Origin: Oceanispirochaeta sp.
GTDB taxonomy: Bacteria; Spirochaetota; Spirochaetia; DSM-2461
DNA: 64,000 nucleotides
Assembly (NCBI GenBank): GCA_963663385.2
Contig: CAXXXD010000003.1
Coordinates: 384,001 to 448,000, forward strand
Reading direction: 5' to 3'
Part shown: positions 60,524-64,000 of the stretch, piece by piece
Layout: each line of letters begins with the position of its first letter
Numbering within the stretch: position 1 is the first letter of the stretch
Translations under genes and position numbers: made by a program
Notes under the pieces: generated by a model
Databases searched by the model: none
What the model was told of the DNA's origin: nothing
Seen by the model: only the letters and a program-made list of their open reading frames with translations

Positions 60524-61339
60524 TTGGTAGTTCGAAATGAAAAAAACATGAAATCCGGGTACACGGCTATAACCGAAGAGAACGGGAAACATTCCGAAAT
60601 GCTTCTGGATTTTGGACTTCTCAATCTGAAAGCTGGTGAGGAATGGACCTGTGAAGAACAAAAAGAACGAGCCTGGCTGCTGATCAGGGGCAACGCCGTA
60701 TTTGAATGGGAAGGAAAATCCGAAGAAGTGACAAGAAGATCCTGCTTTGATGAAAATCCTTCTGTATTACATGTACCCCAGGGTGTCAAAGTGAAAATCA
60801 GAGCGGTTGAGGACACTGAATTCGGAGTTGAAAAGAAGTTAAACGACAAGGATTTTGATTGTAAGCTCTATAAACCGGAGGATGTCCGCTGCGACATATT
60901 CGGCGGAGGGATTATGCATGATGCCGCCAAGAGGACCGTTCGTACCGTATTTGACGGAGAGATAGCTCCCTATTCCAATATGGTAATGGGAGAAGTGATC
61001 AATCACCCCGGGCGCTGGTCCAGCTACCCTCCACACGATCATCCCCAGCCGGAAATCTATCACTACAGACATTTTCCCGAGCAGGGATTTGGTGTCTCCC
61101 TTATAGATGAAGAACCTTACTATGTGAAAAACGGGGATACAACACTGATTTTACCCGATAGAACACACTCTCAGGTGGCTGGTGCCGGATATGCCATGTA
61201 TTACATCTGGATGATTCCTCATCTGGAAAACGACCGTTGGCTGCCTACCACACGGTACTTTCGGAAGGAGCATGAATGGCTCAAGGAACCGGATGTCAAA
61301 ATCTGGCCAGAATTAAAATACGGGGAGGAACAGAAATAA
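60524..61339 (+). CDS. iolB: 5-deoxy-glucuronate isomerase
   Basis: [33 protein letters not shown] start after AAGGAGG. Confidence 0.88.
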   Translation: MVVRNEKNMKSGYTAITEENGKHSEMLLDFGLLNLKAGEEWTCEEQKERAWLLIRGNAVFEWEGKSEEVTRRSCFDENPSVLHVPQGVKVKIRAVEDTEFGVEKKLNDKDFDCKLYKPEDVRCDIFGGGIMHDAAKRTVRTVFDGEIAPYSNMVMGEVINHPGRWSSYPPHDHPQPEIYHYRHFPEQGFGVSLIDEEPYYVKNGDTTLILPDRTHSQVAGAGYAMYYIWMIPHLENDRWLPTTRYFRKEHEWLKEPDVKIWPELKYGEEQK

Positions 61340-63273
61340 TGGGAACAATCAGAATGACAGTCGCTCAGGCGCTGGTAAAATTCCTGAATCAGCAGTATCT
61401 GGAATTTGACGGGAAGGAACATAAATTTGTAGAAGGTATTTTTACCATATTCGGACATGGAAATGTAGTTGGTCTGGGACAGGCTCTGGAAGAAGACCCC
61501 GGGACACTCAAAGTCCATCAGGGAAGAAACGAACAGGGAATGGCTGCGGCTGCCATGGGTTTTGCCAAACAGAATCACAGGCGTAAAATTTATGCGGCTA
61601 CTTCTTCTGTCGGACCCGGCGCTGCCAATATGGTGACTGCGGCCGCAACCGCTACCGCCAACAGGATCCCTGTGCTTCTGCTGCCCGGAGATACCTATGC
61701 TACAAGACAGCCGGACCCGGTTCTCCAGCAGATGGAGCAGTTTCATGATCTGACTCTGACTACGAACGATGCTTTCCGTCCGGTCAGTAAATTCTGGGAC
61801 AGGGTAAACCGTCCCGAACAGCTCATGTCTGCCATGATCAATGCCATGCGGACCCTTACCGATCCGGCCAATACCGGTGCTGTAACGGTTTGTCTTCCCC
61901 AGGATGTTCAGGGGGAAGCCTATGACTACCCCGAATATTTCTTTCAGAAACGGGTTCACCGACTGGAAAGAACAGCGCCGACGGATGCGATGGTGGCAGA
62001 AGCGGCAGCCATGATTAAATCAAAGAAAAAGCCCATGCTGATCTGCGGCGGTGGGGTTCGTTATTCCGAAGCAGGACAGGAACTGATAAAATTCGCCGAG
62101 GAGTTCAATATCCCCTATGCGGAAACCCAGGCCGGTAAGAGTGCTACCCTGCATTCCCATCCCCTGAATATCGGCGGTGTCGGTACAACAGGTTGTCTGG
62201 CAGCCAATACACTGGGACAGGAGACAGATCTTGTAATAGGTGTAGGAACCAGGTATACCGATTTTACCACAGCGTCAAAATGGCTGTATCAGAATCCCGA
62301 TGTGGATTTTATCAATATAAATGTTGCCGGTTTCGACTCCTATAAACTGGATGCCGTGCGCGTCACATCGGATGCAAAAATGGCCCTTGCCGCTCTAAGG
62401 GAAGCTCTTGTGAAAGAGGGATATAAATCTGCCTATACCACTGAGATCAAGGCCGCCAAGGATGAATGGGACAGGGAACTGAACCGGCTTTTCAATCTGA
62501 AATATACTGGATCCGGATTTCAGCCGGAAATCAGGGACGGTCTGAAAGAAAAACTGGAAGAGTACAGCAAATTTCTGGGATCTGAACTGACCCAGACCAG
62601 GGTACTGGGAATCCTTGACGAAGTTCTGGGTGAAAACTCTATCTGTGTTGGAGCCGCCGGTTCTCTTCCGGGAGACCTGCAGAGGGTTTACCGGGCAAAA
62701 AGCGAACGGTCCTATCATATGGAATACGGTTACTCCTGTATGGGGTATGAAATCGCCGCGGCTCTGGGGGCCAAGCTGGCGGAGCCGGAACGTGAAGTCT
62801 ATGCCCATCTGGGTGACGGTTCCTTTATGATGCTCCACTCCGAACTGGCGACATCTATACAGGAGGGAATGAAGATCAACTGTCTGGTATTTGACAATGT
62901 TGAATTCGGCTGTATCAACAACCTGCAGATGGAAAGGGGACAGGGCAGCTTCGGTACTGAATTCCGTCACAGGGATCCCGCATCCGGTAAACTGGCAGGT
63001 CCTCTGGTTTCTGTGGATTTTGCCAAAATCGGTGAAGGATACGGCTGTAAAACCTATACGGTCAAGAACGAAGAAGAGCTTAAAGCTGCCATTGAGGATG
63101 CAAAAAAACAGACTGTATCCACAGTGATTGATATAAAGGTTCTACCTAAAACAATGACCGGCGGATACAAGGGATTCTGGCGCTGCGGGCAGGCGGAAGT
63201 TGCTGAAAGCAAATCCGTTGTTGAAAAGACGGAAGAGATGAAAAACGAGCTGAAAAGAGCCCGACAGTACTGA
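61339..63273 (+). CDS. iolD: 3D-(3,5/4)-trihydroxycyclohexane-1,2-dione acylhydrolase (ThDP)
   Basis: [50 protein letters not shown]. Confidence 0.96.
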   Translation: MGTIRMTVAQALVKFLNQQYLEFDGKEHKFVEGIFTIFGHGNVVGLGQALEEDPGTLKVHQGRNEQGMAAAAMGFAKQNHRRKIYAATSSVGPGAANMVTAAATATANRIPVLLLPGDTYATRQPDPVLQQMEQFHDLTLTTNDAFRPVSKFWDRVNRPEQLMSAMINAMRTLTDPANTGAVTVCLPQDVQGEAYDYPEYFFQKRVHRLERTAPTDAMVAEAAAMIKSKKKPMLICGGGVRYSEAGQELIKFAEEFNIPYAETQAGKSATLHSHPLNIGGVGTTGCLAANTLGQETDLVIGVGTRYTDFTTASKWLYQNPDVDFININVAGFDSYKLDAVRVTSDAKMALAALREALVKEGYKSAYTTEIKAAKDEWDRELNRLFNLKYTGSGFQPEIRDGLKEKLEEYSKFLGSELTQTRVLGILDEVLGENSICVGAAGSLPGDLQRVYRAKSERSYHMEYGYSCMGYEIAAALGAKLAEPEREVYAHLGDGSFMMLHSELATSIQEGMKINCLVFDNVEFGCINNLQMERGQGSFGTEFRHRDPASGKLAGPLVSVDFAKIGEGYGCKTYTVKNEEELKAAIEDAKKQTVSTVIDIKVLPKTMTGGYKGFWRCGQAEVAESKSVVEKTEEMKNELKRARQY

Positions 63274-63344
63274 TTCCGGTAAGGTTCAATTTTATTTCCC
63301 GGAGGGATACTTACTCCGGGAAACTGAATATATAAGGGAAAATT

Positions 63345-64000
63345 ATGAACAAAGAGAATGTTAAATTGGCCATGGCTCCCATTGGTTGGACCAATGATGA
63401 TATGCCTGATCTGGGGGCTGAAAACACTTTTGAACAGTGTGTGAGCGAGATGGCTCTGGCGGGGTATACCGGTTCGGAAGTAGGGAACAAGTATCCGAAA
63501 GATCCGGCGGTTCTGAAAGAGTATCTGGATATCCGCGGGATCCAGATCTGTAACCAGTGGTTTAGTTCCTTTCTGGCTTCCCAGCCTTTTGAACAGGTCG
63601 AAAAGGATTTCAGAAATCAGTTGATGTTCCTGAAAGCCATGGGGGCGGACGTTATCGGTCCTTCCGAGCAGACCCGGTCCTGCCAGGGGCAGCTGGATGT
63701 TCCCATTTTTTCTGGAAAGGCGGAATTCAATACGGAAGAATTCAAAAGATTGACAGACGGCATGAACAAGCTGGGGCATATTGCCAGAGAAGAAGGTCTG
63801 ACCCTGGCTTATCATCACCACATGGGTACTGCCGTACAGACCATGGAAGAAACGGAACGTTTCCTCAATGATACGGATCCGGATAAGGTTACCCTTCTGT
63901 ATGACTGCGGTCACTTCTCTTTTGCCGGAGAGGATCCTGTTAAAGCCCTTGAAAAATTCATCAGCCGGGTTGGTCATGTACACCTTAAGGATATGCGTAA
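63345..64000 (+). CDS. iolE: myo-Inosose-2 dehydratase (partial, runs off window; not in ORF track)
   Basis: Hand translation MNKENVKLAMAPIGWTNDDMPDLGAENTFEQCVSEMALAGYTGSEVGNKYP...YHHHMGT...YDCGH...HVHLKD. Confidence 0.95.
   Translation, partial: MNKENVKLAMAPIGWTNDDMPDLGAENTFEQCVSEMALAGYTGSEVGNKYPKDPAVLKEYLDIRGIQICNQWFSSFLASQPFEQVEKDFRNQLMFLKAMGADVIGPSEQTRSCQGQLDVPIFSGKAEFNTEEFKRLTDGMNKLGHIAREEGLTLAYHHHMGTAVQTMEETERFLNDTDPDKVTLLYDCGHFSFAGEDPVKALEKFISRVGHVHLKDMR

Overview
Chromosomal window from a free-living, probably anaerobic spirochaete (inferred from the Spirochaetaceae-style 'F-A-[GN]-G-Q-Q-E' solute-binding-protein leaders). About 55 CDSs; I found no rRNA, tRNA, CRISPR array or transposase. 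Contents in order: partial 5'-nucleotidase, DAG-kinase, ferritin, MerR, RRM protein, GntR-glycerate kinase, HAD / J-domain / circularly permuted GH114, CE7 esterase with sugar ABC and AraC, a YtrA-SPFH-LolCDE/LolA-like operon, a LuxR-beta-barrel-MFS-ABC module, TetR, serA, hlyIII, a PPC-trypsin protease, a REP-flanked DUF559 nuclease, an ArnE/F-GT2-ATP-grasp-ABC-ArnT-like envelope-modification cluster, a rhodanese lipoprotein, lacZ with AraC, and a large myo-inositol locus. The best candidate for an undescribed system is the operon at 49160-53529 (atypical transaldolase, SauS-like CoA-acylating aldehyde dehydrogenase, carboxyltransferase, 52-aa ORF). Its promoter shares a 28-bp motif (24/28 identical by hand alignment) with the iolBDE promoter, and an exact 15-mer with the promoter of the adjacent FadR/GntR gene. 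This suggests a lower inositol pathway independent of IolC/IolJ/IolA: transaldol cleavage of 5-dehydro-2-deoxy-gluconate, then malonate semialdehyde to malonyl-CoA, then decarboxylation. The pathway is inference. The locus runs off the window, so canonical iolC/J/A may lie downstream.
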